Assembly (NCBI GenBank): GCA_038888155.1
Contig: JAWAJB010000003.1
Location: 114,279-178,278, forward strand
Direction: 5' to 3'
Source: Desulfurococcaceae archaeon
Lineage (GTDB): Archaea > Thermoproteota > Thermoprotei_A > Sulfolobales > Desulfurococcaceae
Length of the DNA: 64,000 nt
Shown: piece after piece, positions 10,250-20,728 of the stretch
Layout of the letters: each line of letters begins with the position of its first letter
Position numbering within the stretch: position 1 is the stretch's first letter
The notes under the pieces: generated by a model
Told to the model about the DNA's origin: nothing
What the model saw: only the letters and a program-made list of their open reading frames with translations
Database searches by the model: none
Made by a program: the position numbers and the translations under genes

Positions 10250-11221
10250 GTGTTGCTCGTGGTCTCACTGCCTGTGCTAATTCGCAGAATGCTCGGCAGG
10301 CGTGGGACGTTTTTACTAAGGCGCATAGCCTCTAACATAGCTTATTACACCGGGCATTACGAGTACGCCAATTTCACTAGCAGACAGAATGGTATCTCAG
10401 CATTGATGTGTACTTATAATGAAGAAGATTGGGTAGAGCCAGCAGTGCTCTCTATTAAGAACCTAGTAGACGAGTACGTTATCGTGGACTCCTCCACCGA
10501 CCGAACTCCCGAAATAATAAATGCCGTTAAGAATGAACACGGACTGAACATTAAGCTACTGAGAGTCCCCCCTGGGGACATCGTCAGGGCAAGGACAGCA
10601 GCTCTTGAAAACTCATCATTTAAGTGGCTACTATTCTTTGACGCGGATATGGTTCTACACGAGCGCGCGGTTAAAGCAGTGAAAGAGCTCACAGAGAGCT
10701 TAGATCCCAGGAGGCACTACATAGTTTACTGGAAATACCTCTTACTTTGCGGCGACTTAAACCACCTCTGTGGCGAAGAGCCATACCATGTTGAGCGTTG
10801 GCTAATTACATACTCTAGCAGGCTAAGGTACAAGTACCTCGACTACGGCAGAGGCGTTGCAATGGATTACCTATATGCACCGCTAAGGCTCTACAAGCCT
10901 ATATTACTAGACGAGGTGCTAGGGGTTCACCTGACGCGAGTAAGGACCCCCGAGAAGCTAGCAATGAAGCACATTAGGCTAGAGCACCGAAAGCTATTAG
11001 TGGAGCACACAATGAGAGGGCTTACAGCAGAAGAAGCAGTCTTGAGAATCGCGCGAGAAACTTACGGCACAGACGACCTTAGAGAGCTCGGAGAGAAACT
11101 AATAAGAGATATGACCTTTATGCTACCGCGCTATGATGAATCTAAGTACGGTCCCCTACCACAAGTACTACTGAACTACGTAAAGAACAACAAGCCACTC
11201 AAAATTAACTCTACGGGCTGA
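10250..11221 (+). CDS. Glycosyltransferase family 2
   Basis: CTYNEE, IVDSSTDRT, FFDAD (DxD). Confidence 0.88.
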   Translation: MLLVVSLPVLIRRMLGRRGTFLLRRIASNIAYYTGHYEYANFTSRQNGISALMCTYNEEDWVEPAVLSIKNLVDEYVIVDSSTDRTPEIINAVKNEHGLNIKLLRVPPGDIVRARTAALENSSFKWLLFFDADMVLHERAVKAVKELTESLDPRRHYIVYWKYLLLCGDLNHLCGEEPYHVERWLITYSSRLRYKYLDYGRGVAMDYLYAPLRLYKPILLDEVLGVHLTRVRTPEKLAMKHIRLEHRKLLVEHTMRGLTAEEAVLRIARETYGTDDLRELGEKLIRDMTFMLPRYDESKYGPLPQVLLNYVKNNKPLKINSTG

Positions 11222-12060
11222 AGCAATTGCTACTATTAATGAGATCCTCTACCCTCCCATCTATCCCTTGCTTTCAGCCTTAATTGATTTGCAAGCACTT
11301 ACTCGTCGCAGTATTTACAAGGCGAAAATCGAAAAACTGTACCATTGTAGCAAGTGCCCAGAACTTCTTCCTCGAGAGTCTAACCTTATTCAACTGTTGC
11401 TCGCTACAAGGGCCTCTGTCATTCTCCTAATCGCCAAGTTTATTGACATTTTGACCACTAATCGATGGCCCCAGTCCCCCCATGCCCTAGGAGAGCCAAC
11501 GCCTTTCTACAAATGAATTGAGGGTTACCAAAGGGCGCATCAGAATGGTGCCGAGTGCTGTAGCTAAAGCCCTAGGGCTACAATGCCCCAAACATGTAAT
11601 ATGATCTCCACAGTTGCAATTGCCATCAAGCTCTTGCGTGTGCATCCTCAGTGCTCTAGAGCCTTCAGCAACCCCAATGAGCTCAGATCTGCCCGGCGAT
11701 TACTTTAAAGGAAATACTCGCGACAGCCCCATCTAGGTCCCATTTACTGAGCCGAAGCCACTTTTACATATTTGTCGTAGGCATTTAGTATATAAAAACC
11801 TAATTTTCTATCTTAGTACTAACAACTCTGGTGAATAGGGATGAACACTTGGGACAAACTCACAGAGGCCGCTGCTGAAGGTGTTGAAATTATGGGCATT
11901 AGTAGCAGAGTAGCGTTACCAACACGTCTTAAAGCCCAAGCGATAGTACGCTGGTTGACATAAGCGTACCTCATAGGGTTATGGTAGAGAACACGGCACC
12001 TAAACTCCATTATAGTTTCCTTGATTGAGCGGCTAGAAATACAGCACGAGATGATCGCCA

Positions 12061-13563
12061 GTGAAGGAGAGAAAGATAGTATATGCGTTGATAATAGCGT
12101 TCGCCATTTCATTTGCGACCTCATACTATTTAAGGATCCCGGAAGACAAGTTGGGAGTTGAAATAATAAATTATTGGAGAACAACTACGGGGAACGCTGG
12201 AGATATTAATGATCTAGCAAGTTTTATCAAGCAGGCAATTTCGCTAGGCGTGTTTTTAACAGTAATAATTCTCACTGTAATCTCAATGGAGTACCGGTAC
12301 TATGGTACATTCCTTGGGATATCGTTAATCACAATGCTTGGAACAGCGCCGCCCCAGAGCTTAATTAGCGGAGTTGAGTGGAACTTAATAATGTTTCTAA
12401 TTGGAAGCATGACGCTTGCATTCATACTTAGGACTCTCGGGGTTTTCGAGTACATAGCTATAAGGATACTCGAGTTTTCAAAGGGCTCTGTGAAGAAGCT
12501 ACTCTTCACTATTTTACTCTTTTCCTGGTTTCTAGCGATGATTGTCGATGAAGCCACAAGCATAGTCTACGTAACTCTTTTAATATTCGAGATAAAAAGG
12601 CTATCCCGCCACGACGTAATGCCGTTGGCCATTCTCTCGGTTTTAGCGACGAACATCGGAAGCATGGCTTTGCCAGTTGGAAACCCCATTGGCATTTACA
12701 TCTCCTTTACAGCCCACCTCTCCGTTTCAGACTTCTTCCTTAGGGCCCTGCCTCTCTCACTATTACTACTGCTTATAACATTCGCTATTGTCTACTACCT
12801 GAACAAGAGCTACCTAAATGACCTCGCGCTCAAGCTAGACCCCGAAAGAATCGAGAAGAGAATGGAGGCTTACTACTCAAATATTCGAGGAGAGGAGTTA
12901 GTGAAGGTCAAAATAGGACTGGCCCTCACTGTATTATTCCTCTTCACAATATCTCTAGCCGATTTCCTAGCCGAGGCTCTAACGAGGTTTTCGGGAAACG
13001 CTGTGGAAGCTCACTCCCTGCTATCGTTCATACCTTACGCTTTCATATTGCTCGCTGGACTCCTATACGGGCCGCAGAGGCTTGAAAAAGCCATTATAAG
13101 GGGGGTCGAATGGGCATCCATACTATTTTTCATATCCTTGTTCATGCTCGGCTTTTCGCTACTATACACTGGAATAGCCTCAAAGCTTGCGTACGTTACT
13201 ATCAAGCTGAGCGACGTTGCTGGAAATAACTACGCGAGATTTCTAGTAGAAGTAATTCTAGTGTTCTCAGCCCTCTTGAGTAGCGCGCTTGACAACTTAA
13301 GCGTAATAGTGGCGCTAACTCCCATAGCTAAGACCGTTGAGGCAGTATTTTCCACGAAAAAAATCTACTGGAGCATGCTCTACGGTGGAGTTCTAGGCGG
13401 AAACTTCACCCCCGTTGGCTCCACTGCAAACATAGTCGCAATAGGATTGCTAAGCAGAGAAAAGATTAGCGTGTCCTGGAGCAATTGGTTCAAAATTGCA
13501 GCAATTCCCACGCTGGTACAGGTCTTGATGGCTGCCTTCTGGCTTTACATGTTTCCCGCTTAA
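12061..13563 (+). CDS. ArsB/NhaD (IT superfamily, SLC13/P-protein-like) ion transporter
   Basis: Polytopic; ATNIGSMALPVGNP and GGNFTPVGSTANIV repeats, SALDN. Confidence 0.88.
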   Translation: MKERKIVYALIIAFAISFATSYYLRIPEDKLGVEIINYWRTTTGNAGDINDLASFIKQAISLGVFLTVIILTVISMEYRYYGTFLGISLITMLGTAPPQSLISGVEWNLIMFLIGSMTLAFILRTLGVFEYIAIRILEFSKGSVKKLLFTILLFSWFLAMIVDEATSIVYVTLLIFEIKRLSRHDVMPLAILSVLATNIGSMALPVGNPIGIYISFTAHLSVSDFFLRALPLSLLLLLITFAIVYYLNKSYLNDLALKLDPERIEKRMEAYYSNIRGEELVKVKIGLALTVLFLFTISLADFLAEALTRFSGNAVEAHSLLSFIPYAFILLAGLLYGPQRLEKAIIRGVEWASILFFISLFMLGFSLLYTGIASKLAYVTIKLSDVAGNNYARFLVEVILVFSALLSSALDNLSVIVALTPIAKTVEAVFSTKKIYWSMLYGGVLGGNFTPVGSTANIVAIGLLSREKISVSWSNWFKIAAIPTLVQVLMAAFWLYMFPA

Positions 13564-13985
13564 TGCTTGCTAGACATCATTAAGCGTTTAGTTAGTTGCC
13601 GAAAGAGAGCTTAAGTTGATGTAAGTTTAGTGTAGCAGATGAAAGCGCGAGGACTGAAAATACAAAAAATTTGCGCCTAAGTCCCCCTGTAGTTGAGATT
13701 GTAGCCGCAAACGCCCTGCTGAAACGCATAGATAAACAAGGGGGAATGTTTAGAGGTAAAAACAACGGCAACACTTATCTACATTCTAGTTTCTCATTGG
13801 TAGAGCATATTGGCCCATATTGCAGGAAACCAAGGATCTACTCCTAGAACCCAGTTGAACTTCCTTTGAAGTAATGGCCGCCTGCAAATGAAAACATCGG
13901 GGGACTTAACAAAACCCCCAGCTCCTCGACCCGCAGCAAGTGCTTTACGCGTTATAGAGCAGATTAAACAGCTGTGCGCTCACTG

Positions 13986-14042
13986 CCGCAGGTTTGGCCT
14001 CGATCAGCATGAGTGGCTTCAGAGGCTATTACGTCATCACTC
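13986..14042 (-). ncRNA. Candidate C/D box sRNA
   Basis: Minus strand GTGATGA-11 nt-CTGA-8 nt-ATGCTGA-12 nt-CTGC, just after the threonine synthase stop. Confidence 0.4.
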
Positions 14043-14047
14043 TAGCA

Positions 14048-15199
14048 CTAGTTACTAGATCCTCGTTGACCCTCACTTACGAACACTCTATAGAGCGTGG
14101 AATCCACGCCGCCCAAGTACTTTAACCCGCTACCCGTTAAGGGGATTAAGACCCTACCACTTAACTCCTTCCTCGCCAACTTAAACGCGGCATAAGCTGC
14201 AGCACTAGTTGGCTCTACGGCAAGCCCCATCCTATAGAGGTCTTTCAGCGCATCAACTATTAAATTATCGTTAACTACTACCGAGAAGCCGCCCGACTTC
14301 TTAATGGCCTCAGCTATGTATGGTAGCCTAGGGGCGTTAGTCAACCTTATTGCATCAGCTAACGATGTAGGGCCTGTGCAGTCAGCAGCTATAATCTCGC
14401 TTAAGTAGCGGCTTAGGGAGTCGTAACCGCATGCCTGAACGCCTACTAACTTAGGCACAGTTGATATAAGCCCTAGCTCGGCTAATTCGTTAAAGCCCTT
14501 CCAAGTACCTAGCAATAAAGTGCCGCTCGCTACTGGCGTCACCACGTAATCAACGTACTTTAATTCTTCGTACACCTCGTACGCTAGCGTTTTAGTGCCC
14601 TCGACGAAGTAGGGATTCCACGTATGCCCTATGTAGTACCCCTTATTGCTTAAATCGCTGAGCACTTTCCTCGAAGCTTCATCTCTGCTGCCAGCTCTGA
14701 CAACCTCAGCTCCAAAAGACTTTATAAGCGAGTACTTGCCTACAGGAATATCGCTCGGCACGTATATGCGCGCCTTAATACCTGCGCAGGCAGCGTAAGC
14801 TGCTATTGAAATACCAGTATTACCCGAAGAGTCTTCTAGGACTTCATCAACGCCTAGGTCAACAGCCTTAGAAACCGCTACAGCAGAGCCCCTATCCTTA
14901 AAACTGCCAGTAGGGTTTAGATACTCCAGCTTAAAGTAGAGGGAGTTGTTCTCCGAAGACTTAACTACCGTGGGAGTTAAACCTTCCCCCAAAGAGACAT
15001 GGCGGTATATGTCCGGAAGAAGGTTTGAGTACCTGAAAACGCCTCTCACATTGCTATTAACAAGCCACTTAGAGCTCCTGAGATCTATTGAAACTTCCAG
15101 GACGCCCCCACAAGAGCATCTAAACAACCTGTAGTTTTCTCCATAAACCTTCCCGCACAGCTTACACTTAATTGAGTACTTAGCCATTAGGGCTCCCAC
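14048..15199 (-). CDS. thrC: Threonine synthase-like PLP enzyme
   Basis: N-terminal Zn-type Cys motifs, LGEGLTP, NPTGSFKDRG, SSGNTG, EPTSAA, TGSGLK. Confidence 0.85.
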   Translation of the reverse strand: MGALMAKYSIKCKLCGKVYGENYRLFRCSCGGVLEVSIDLRSSKWLVNSNVRGVFRYSNLLPDIYRHVSLGEGLTPTVVKSSENNSLYFKLEYLNPTGSFKDRGSAVAVSKAVDLGVDEVLEDSSGNTGISIAAYAACAGIKARIYVPSDIPVGKYSLIKSFGAEVVRAGSRDEASRKVLSDLSNKGYYIGHTWNPYFVEGTKTLAYEVYEELKYVDYVVTPVASGTLLLGTWKGFNELAELGLISTVPKLVGVQACGYDSLSRYLSEIIAADCTGPTSLADAIRLTNAPRLPYIAEAIKKSGGFSVVVNDNLIVDALKDLYRMGLAVEPTSAAAYAAFKLARKELSGRVLIPLTGSGLKYLGGVDSTLYRVFVSEGQRGSSN

Positions 15200-15909
15200 A
15201 GCTTATAAGAACGCTGAAATAAAAAAGCATAATTACAGTATTGATTACGGATGCAAACGTCAAATTAATCTCTTCAACCGAGTCCGCTCAACGTACACAA
15301 CCCCGCTAACGCCGGTTTTACGAGCTCATCTCCATCAGCTATTAAATTCCGTATTCGCGGGTCAAAGCCCTTACATGTAGGCCGCCTTCATGGGAATTCC
15401 TTTAGGGGCGCCTGCTTCCTATGCTTGAGCTGTCCCAAACCTCCTAGTTCTGCAGCCGCACTGCTCGAGCCTAGCTAGGTTGTTAGTAGATAATAATTCC
15501 TTGACAAGTGGATGTATTTCTGCTAGGCTACTCAGGCAACAAGCATAGCCTCGCCCGAAAGAGGTTGATAAACGCTGTCCGAGTTGCCTACGTGCGCTGA
15601 GGTTCCAAACCTAATGTAGTTTCTAGAATTCCTTGGGACAAGCTAAACAATAATATATCCAGAGAGGATACCTCACATCTGCATCAGGCTACACTACAGC
15701 AAGTCCAACCAAGGCAGCTCTTCTCTTTTCATACTTGGTTCTCGTCAGCCCCTTGAACCACCTAAGGCGTGAGGCCCTTGAAACCCCACCATAAACCCCT
15801 CAGAGTGAGCGGGCTCGTCTATCATCCAAACTGGAGTTCAGTTATGATCAACAAGTTTAATAAGTGCGTAGCCTATTTACGCGTGAAGGATGTTGAAAGG
15901 ATTAGTATC

Positions 15910-16371
15910 ATGAGAGTTATTGTGGTTTTCGAGACGAATTACGGTAACACGAGACGCGTGGCAGAGGAGATACGTGAGGGAATGAAGGAGGTTAGCGGGG
16001 TAGAGGTTGTCCTCAAGGAACTTAAGGAGGTAGACGTGAGGGATATCGCTAACTTTGACATGATCTTGATAGGCTCTCCAAACCACATGGGCGGTCCTAC
16101 GAGAGGCATTAAAGCGTTCATCGATGAGCTCGGTAGGCTACGGCTGGAGGGAGTTATGTACGCTGCCTTTGACACGTACATGGGGGGAGATCGCGAGAAG
16201 GCTGTGAGGAAGATTGTCGAGCGAGTGAGCAAGAGAGCTCCATGGCTGAAGCAGGTGGCAGGTGGCTTATCCGTGAGGGTGCAGGGCCTGAGGGGACCTG
16301 TTGCGGAAGGCGAGCTCCCTAAATGCAGGGAATTCGGGAGGAGCATAGCAGCCCAGCTTAAGAGAGGCTGA
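15910..16371 (+). CDS. Flavodoxin family protein
   Basis: Likely ATG 15910; TNYGNT FMN loop, IGSPNHMG, AAFDTY. Confidence 0.9.
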   Translation: MRVIVVFETNYGNTRRVAEEIREGMKEVSGVEVVLKELKEVDVRDIANFDMILIGSPNHMGGPTRGIKAFIDELGRLRLEGVMYAAFDTYMGGDREKAVRKIVERVSKRAPWLKQVAGGLSVRVQGLRGPVAEGELPKCREFGRSIAAQLKRG

Positions 16372-16374
16372 TAA

Positions 16375-16767
16375 GTGATGGGCAGGAAGTTAAGGGGGTC
16401 GCGGAGAGTTGCTTTCATCAGCTCCCTATGGGTTGTCCAATCAGTTGGCAGGCTTTTCTTCGCCGCACTCGGCACGCCTACAGGAATGGGGCGGTTCCTA
16501 GACACTCCAGTATCGTCTACGGTCTCGTTTTTGCTCTTCACGATGTTCCTCTCTTTGGGGGTCTTAGGGCTCATCGCCGCTCTCGGGCTCCTAGCAAGGC
16601 GGAAATGGGGTCTTTGGCTCACGATCATAGCCAGCGTAGCAACTATAGTCTTTGACGCGTGGGGGTTAACAATACAGCTCACAGCCGCCATTGGTCTCAT
16701 CGTGCCGGTTATATCAATCCTAGTTCTCTACCCCAGGAGATCACAGCTATTCACTGCTGCAAGCTGA
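16375..16767 (+). CDS. Small integral membrane protein (about 4 TM)
   Basis: Hydrophobic 130 aa, starts 3 nt after the flavodoxin stop. Confidence 0.7.
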   Translation: MMGRKLRGSRRVAFISSLWVVQSVGRLFFAALGTPTGMGRFLDTPVSSTVSFLLFTMFLSLGVLGLIAALGLLARRKWGLWLTIIASVATIVFDAWGLTIQLTAAIGLIVPVISILVLYPRRSQLFTAAS

Positions 16768-17139
16768 CTCCCTATCGCGCAGTCTAAGCCTCTATTGGTT
16801 TAAGCGAGCTCTTCTAGATCTATAGTGGTAAGGGGAATCTACTTACTGGATATACTCAACGAGTTCAACGGCACCCGAAACAGCCCCGATCTTGAGTCGA
16901 TCGATCGCCTTCGGCTTTCCATAATCAACTACACCTCTCTCGCTATGGACTCTCCACATGAAGATTTTGCCAATGCTGAGGACCTCAGAGCCCTCTCTCC
17001 ATCATTCTTGCTTTGCACCTACTGGAGAACCCTTAGCCTATCACTATCATCACGGCTCAAGGGTTCAAAACTTCATGCAAATGCCTCGCTGTCCAGCCCA
17101 CGGCATTAGCTCATAAATAATGGGCAAGCATAAGTGTAG

Positions 17140-17214
17140 CGGGCCCGCCGGGACTTGAACCCGGGACCTCCGGCTCCGAAGGCCGGCGCCCTGTCCTGGC
17201 TAGGCTACGGGCCC
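17140..17214 (-). tRNA. tRNA-Arg (TCG), intronless, CCA not encoded
   Basis: GGGCCCGTAGCCTAGCCAGGACAGGGCG-CCGGC CT TCG GA GCCGG-AGGTCCCGGGTTCAAGTCCCGGCGGGCCCG cloverleaf. Confidence 0.97.
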
Positions 17215-17251
17215 TCGCGGCTCTTGTGCGCCCGCTTGAAAAACCAAGGGC

Positions 17252-17851
17252 TTATGCAGTTTTAAACAGCAGCTCCTTGACGTTGTAGCCCTCTCTCGTG
17301 AACACAAGTAGGTCTACGCCATCTCCTGTTAGCACATCTCTCTCTATTACAGTCTTAATAGCCTCTATAGCTACTTTCTCTGCTTCTTCAGGAGCAATAT
17401 CCTCTCTGTACTTAGGCTCTATGTAGCCTAGCGCTAGCTGTGAGCCAGAGCCCACGGCAACGTATCGCTCCTCTATTAAGCTTCCAGCGGGGTCGAGCAC
17501 GTAGAGCGACGGGCCCTCGTCGTCGTAACCTCCCACTACTACCTCTGTGAACATTGGGAACAGCTTATAGCTGTAGAGCACTACTGAAAGCAACTTCGCG
17601 AGGCTCTTAGTTCTGATCTCCCTGTTGTGCTGCAGCTCGTACTGCTTTGCCTCAAACTTGAGCACCTTGACTAAGTAGCCAATATCGCCCATTAGCCCAG
17701 CGAACGCAACGCCGCACCTGCTTGTCACTGGGTAGACTTTTTTGGCCTGCTTACTTAGAACGAAGCCGTCATAGGTTACTCTCTTGTCGCTAGCTAGCAC
17801 AACGCTGTTTTTCGTCTTTAAGCCAATAGCTGTACCGGGTATTAACGCCAT
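17252..17851 (-). CDS. psmB: Proteasome beta subunit (PGTAIG type, likely non-catalytic)
   Basis: Ntn fold, LASDKR, GGYD..GPSLY.LD..GS, GSGS, RD..TGDG. Confidence 0.92.
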   Translation of the reverse strand: MALIPGTAIGLKTKNSVVLASDKRVTYDGFVLSKQAKKVYPVTSRCGVAFAGLMGDIGYLVKVLKFEAKQYELQHNREIRTKSLAKLLSVVLYSYKLFPMFTEVVVGGYDDEGPSLYVLDPAGSLIEERYVAVGSGSQLALGYIEPKYREDIAPEEAEKVAIEAIKTVIERDVLTGDGVDLLVFTREGYNVKELLFKTA

Positions 17852-17995
17852 GGTATATCTCCTATTAGCTATAAGTCTACAGAGCTATTAAATCCAGATA
17901 CGCCGCAGTGAAATACTTTCGGCAACCCCTCAGACTGCAGTTTAAAAAACACGCAGTATAAGAACAGGGTAGCCTAAGTTTATGCTGGTGATAGA

Positions 17996-18589
17996 GTGAA
18001 GTGCACCTGCTGCGGAGGCGCCCTAGTTTGGGACTACCGGAGCGGGGAGGTTGTGTGCAGTAAGTGCGGGGTAGTGCACGACAGGCTAACATCGCTTGAG
18101 GTAGCGGGCTTCAGGGAGTACCTGTACAAGGCCTCCGAGGAGAAACACAACAGGCCTCGTGGGACGCGCACCGCGAAGATAGTCTCCTCGGGGTACAAAT
18201 ACGCGGTCAGGCTCTACAGAGTAGGTAGCAGGTTAACTAAAGGCAGGCCTTGGCTCGAAGTAGACTACGAGAAGGTGTTCAGAAGCGGCAAGTTCGTGCA
18301 CTCAATTAGGTCGAGGGCTTCGCTAAAGGCCGCTAAGAACATCGAGCTGGGTGGTTGCTGGGGAACAGTCAAGAGAGGGCTTGAGTACGTAGATTCTGTG
18401 AACCCAGCGTACCTAGCTAGGAGCGAGAGAGGCAAGTACGCGCTAGCCTACATAGTGGCCAGGAGACTTGAGACAGGGAGGATACCCAAGCAGGACGAAG
18501 TACTAGAGGTATTCAACATCAGCATTATGAGTTATAAGCGTTTATGCGCAATAGCTGAGAGGCTCGTTAGGGGATACCTAAGCGCGTGA
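17996..18589 (+). CDS. TFIIB-type zinc-ribbon protein (short TFB paralog-like)
   Basis: CTCCG..LVWDYRSGEVVCSKCGVV; C-terminal HTH-like segment. Confidence 0.75.
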   Translation: MKCTCCGGALVWDYRSGEVVCSKCGVVHDRLTSLEVAGFREYLYKASEEKHNRPRGTRTAKIVSSGYKYAVRLYRVGSRLTKGRPWLEVDYEKVFRSGKFVHSIRSRASLKAAKNIELGGCWGTVKRGLEYVDSVNPAYLARSERGKYALAYIVARRLETGRIPKQDEVLEVFNISIMSYKRLCAIAERLVRGYLSA

Positions 18590-18675
18590 GCTAGTCGTTC
18601 GCGGCGCAGAGCTTTGATAATAAGAGTTAGTTAAGCTTATAGTAAGCAAGCGTTATTCCTAAATAGGTCTCAGAG

Positions 18676-19680
18676 ATGGCTTTCGCTAAATACTACATTA
18701 GAGATTACACTGAGCTATACGCCTATCTAAATGAGAGCCTAAAGAGAATAAAGCCCAGAGTAGGAGAGCCGCTTAACGAGCTCCTGAAGAGGAAGCTCGC
18801 TTTCTCCTACGAGGTTATTCTAAAGGAGCTGGAGCGGGTCTACGCAGTGCTAAGCGAGGTTAACTCCTCTGGTAGCTTTTACAGGGAGCTATTCAAAGCG
18901 TACGTAGGAGAAGATCCTCACGCATTAGCGCAACTCGTAAGGAGGAGGATCCAGCTAGCCAAGGAAGTGTACAGGGAGTTTGCAGGAGAGCTCAACGAGG
19001 TGAGCGGGACGAGGGGGAAGAACTACGCTGAGCTGTTCAGGGGCAACATAGGTAGATTGCTATCGCTGTACAAGAGGATCAACAGGAAAGTCGTCCTCGT
19101 TAAAGTGTTCCTAAAAGAAGTATCTAAGATGCCAGATGTGAGAGGAGATTACGTGGTGGTTATTGCGGGCCTCCCTCAGGTCGGGAAGTCAACTATCCTC
19201 TCAAAGCTAACATCAGCTAAGCCAGAGATTGGCACTTACCCGTTTACAACGAAAACCCTCATAGCGGGGCACATTTCAGTAGAGCCCTACGGGAGAATTG
19301 TGCTCATCGACTCCCCTGGCGTACTAGACTCGCCAATTGAGGAGAAGAACATCATTGAGCGCAAAGCCGTACTAGCTGTCAAGCACCTAGCTGACCACAT
19401 GCTGTACGTCTTCGCCGCAGACAGAGCGTTTTACTACACGCTTGACGAGCAGGTCAAAGTTTACTACGCGCTTAGAGCAATTCTGGGGGACAAGCCAACT
19501 AGCGTCGTAGTCAACAAAGTTGATACCGTTGATGAGATTTACCTACGGGAAGTTCTCAACGCAGTGAAAGGAGCTACCTCTACCTCTCCCATTCCAGTAT
19601 CAGCTGTAACAGGGCTGAACCTAGATAAGTTGAGGGATGCGCTAATAGGATACTTTATGGGTAGAAGCCAACGCCGCTGA
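18676..19680 (+). CDS. NOG1 family GTPase
   Basis: GLPQVGKST, YPFTT, DSPG, NKVD, SA motifs. Confidence 0.9.
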   Translation: MAFAKYYIRDYTELYAYLNESLKRIKPRVGEPLNELLKRKLAFSYEVILKELERVYAVLSEVNSSGSFYRELFKAYVGEDPHALAQLVRRRIQLAKEVYREFAGELNEVSGTRGKNYAELFRGNIGRLLSLYKRINRKVVLVKVFLKEVSKMPDVRGDYVVVIAGLPQVGKSTILSKLTSAKPEIGTYPFTTKTLIAGHISVEPYGRIVLIDSPGVLDSPIEEKNIIERKAVLAVKHLADHMLYVFAADRAFYYTLDEQVKVYYALRAILGDKPTSVVVNKVDTVDEIYLREVLNAVKGATSTSPIPVSAVTGLNLDKLRDALIGYFMGRSQRR

Positions 19681-20728
19681 CCGTTATTATTCCAGGCCTG
19701 TTGAGATCTCCGCTTACTTTTACTGATGCCTCTGGGAAGAAAACCTTAAGCACCTCAATAGCTGTGAGCAAGTGCATCGTGATCTTCGCAACTCCAACTC
19801 TACTACTCCCCCTCGCCAAAAACAAGTAGGGTATTAGCATGTCCCCCATGTGCCTGTCAAAGCTCATTCCCGTTTCGTAGTCCTCTATCAGACTTCTTGC
19901 CGCCTCTTCGCCTACTTTCTCAGCCGGTTTGCCCCTCTCGCCCACGGAGTCCCCAGCAACTCTAACCTTGTTATCTGTTTCAACGTAGATTAGTATACCG
20001 CTTCCAGGACCTAGGTGGGGGTCTCTATCCGGGGGATACGTCTCTAAGACAGCTCTTGGCTCAAGCCCAATTACCCTGCTCAACGCGCGTAGGGCAGAGT
20101 CCAATTGCCTCTTAGCTACGTGGTGAGGTAGCTTGACGCAGTGGCTTATTGCGCACAAATTAACTGGTTTGCCGCGAGATACTAAGTCAATTGGCTTGAT
20201 AGGCCCCTCAACTGGAGCTACATTTAGCTCTACTAATCCCCCTCCTCTAGGGTAGTGCCCGCGCCTGTGTAGCTTGATGTCTACGTTTATGCCTAAGTGC
20301 TTAATGTTGTAGCTAAAGACGTGTACCATGTAGTCTATGGGCGGGCTCATTGACACGTTTGTTCCTCCAGTTAAGGCGACCCTTGACTTGCAGTTGCTGT
20401 AGAGCAGAACAGGTAAAATGGCCTGTATTACCAGCGACGTGCTTCCAGCTGTTCCAATATCGAACTTAAAATCGCCGCACAGCCTCCTCTTTGGCTTAAA
20501 TACAATTGACGTGCTTCCAACGCGGTTGTTCTCCACTTCTGCTTGAGTTAGCTCTGCGATTGCATTTACAGCTGTTAGGTGCTGAGGTCGGAGGCCTGGG
20601 TTGCTCCGCTTAACTCTAATGTTGTAGATCTCCACAGGTTTGAGGAGGAGAGCTGAAAGCGCTAAGGCATACCTAAGTACTTGTCCCCCTCCCTCCCCAA
20701 TGCTACCATCTATTTTGACTGTGCTCAT
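19655..20728 (-). CDS. rtcA: RNA 3'-terminal phosphate cyclase
   Basis: DGSIGEGGGQVLR, PGLRPQHL, GGTNV..SPP, RGHYPRGGG, TMHLLT. Confidence 0.96.
   Translation of the reverse strand: MSTVKIDGSIGEGGGQVLRYALALSALLLKPVEIYNIRVKRSNPGLRPQHLTAVNAIAELTQAEVENNRVGSTSIVFKPKRRLCGDFKFDIGTAGSTSLVIQAILPVLLYSNCKSRVALTGGTNVSMSPPIDYMVHVFSYNIKHLGINVDIKLHRRGHYPRGGGLVELNVAPVEGPIKPIDLVSRGKPVNLCAISHCVKLPHHVAKRQLDSALRALSRVIGLEPRAVLETYPPDRDPHLGPGSGILIYVETDNKVRVAGDSVGERGKPAEKVGEEAARSLIEDYETGMSFDRHMGDMLIPYLFLARGSSRVGVAKITMHLLTAIEVLKVFFPEASVKVSGDLNRPGIITVSGVGFYP

Noticed and set aside
11819-12184. Minus-strand ORF or degraded CBS-like gene upstream of the transporter
   Set aside because: Overlaps the transporter start; plus-strand frames are too broken to assign
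15769-15909. N-terminal extension of flavodoxin
   Set aside because: The fold starts at MRVIVVF (15910), and the extension contains a TATA-like TTTAATAA
15939-16700. 253-aa minus-strand ORF
   Set aside because: Antisense to the flavodoxin and membrane genes; no motifs
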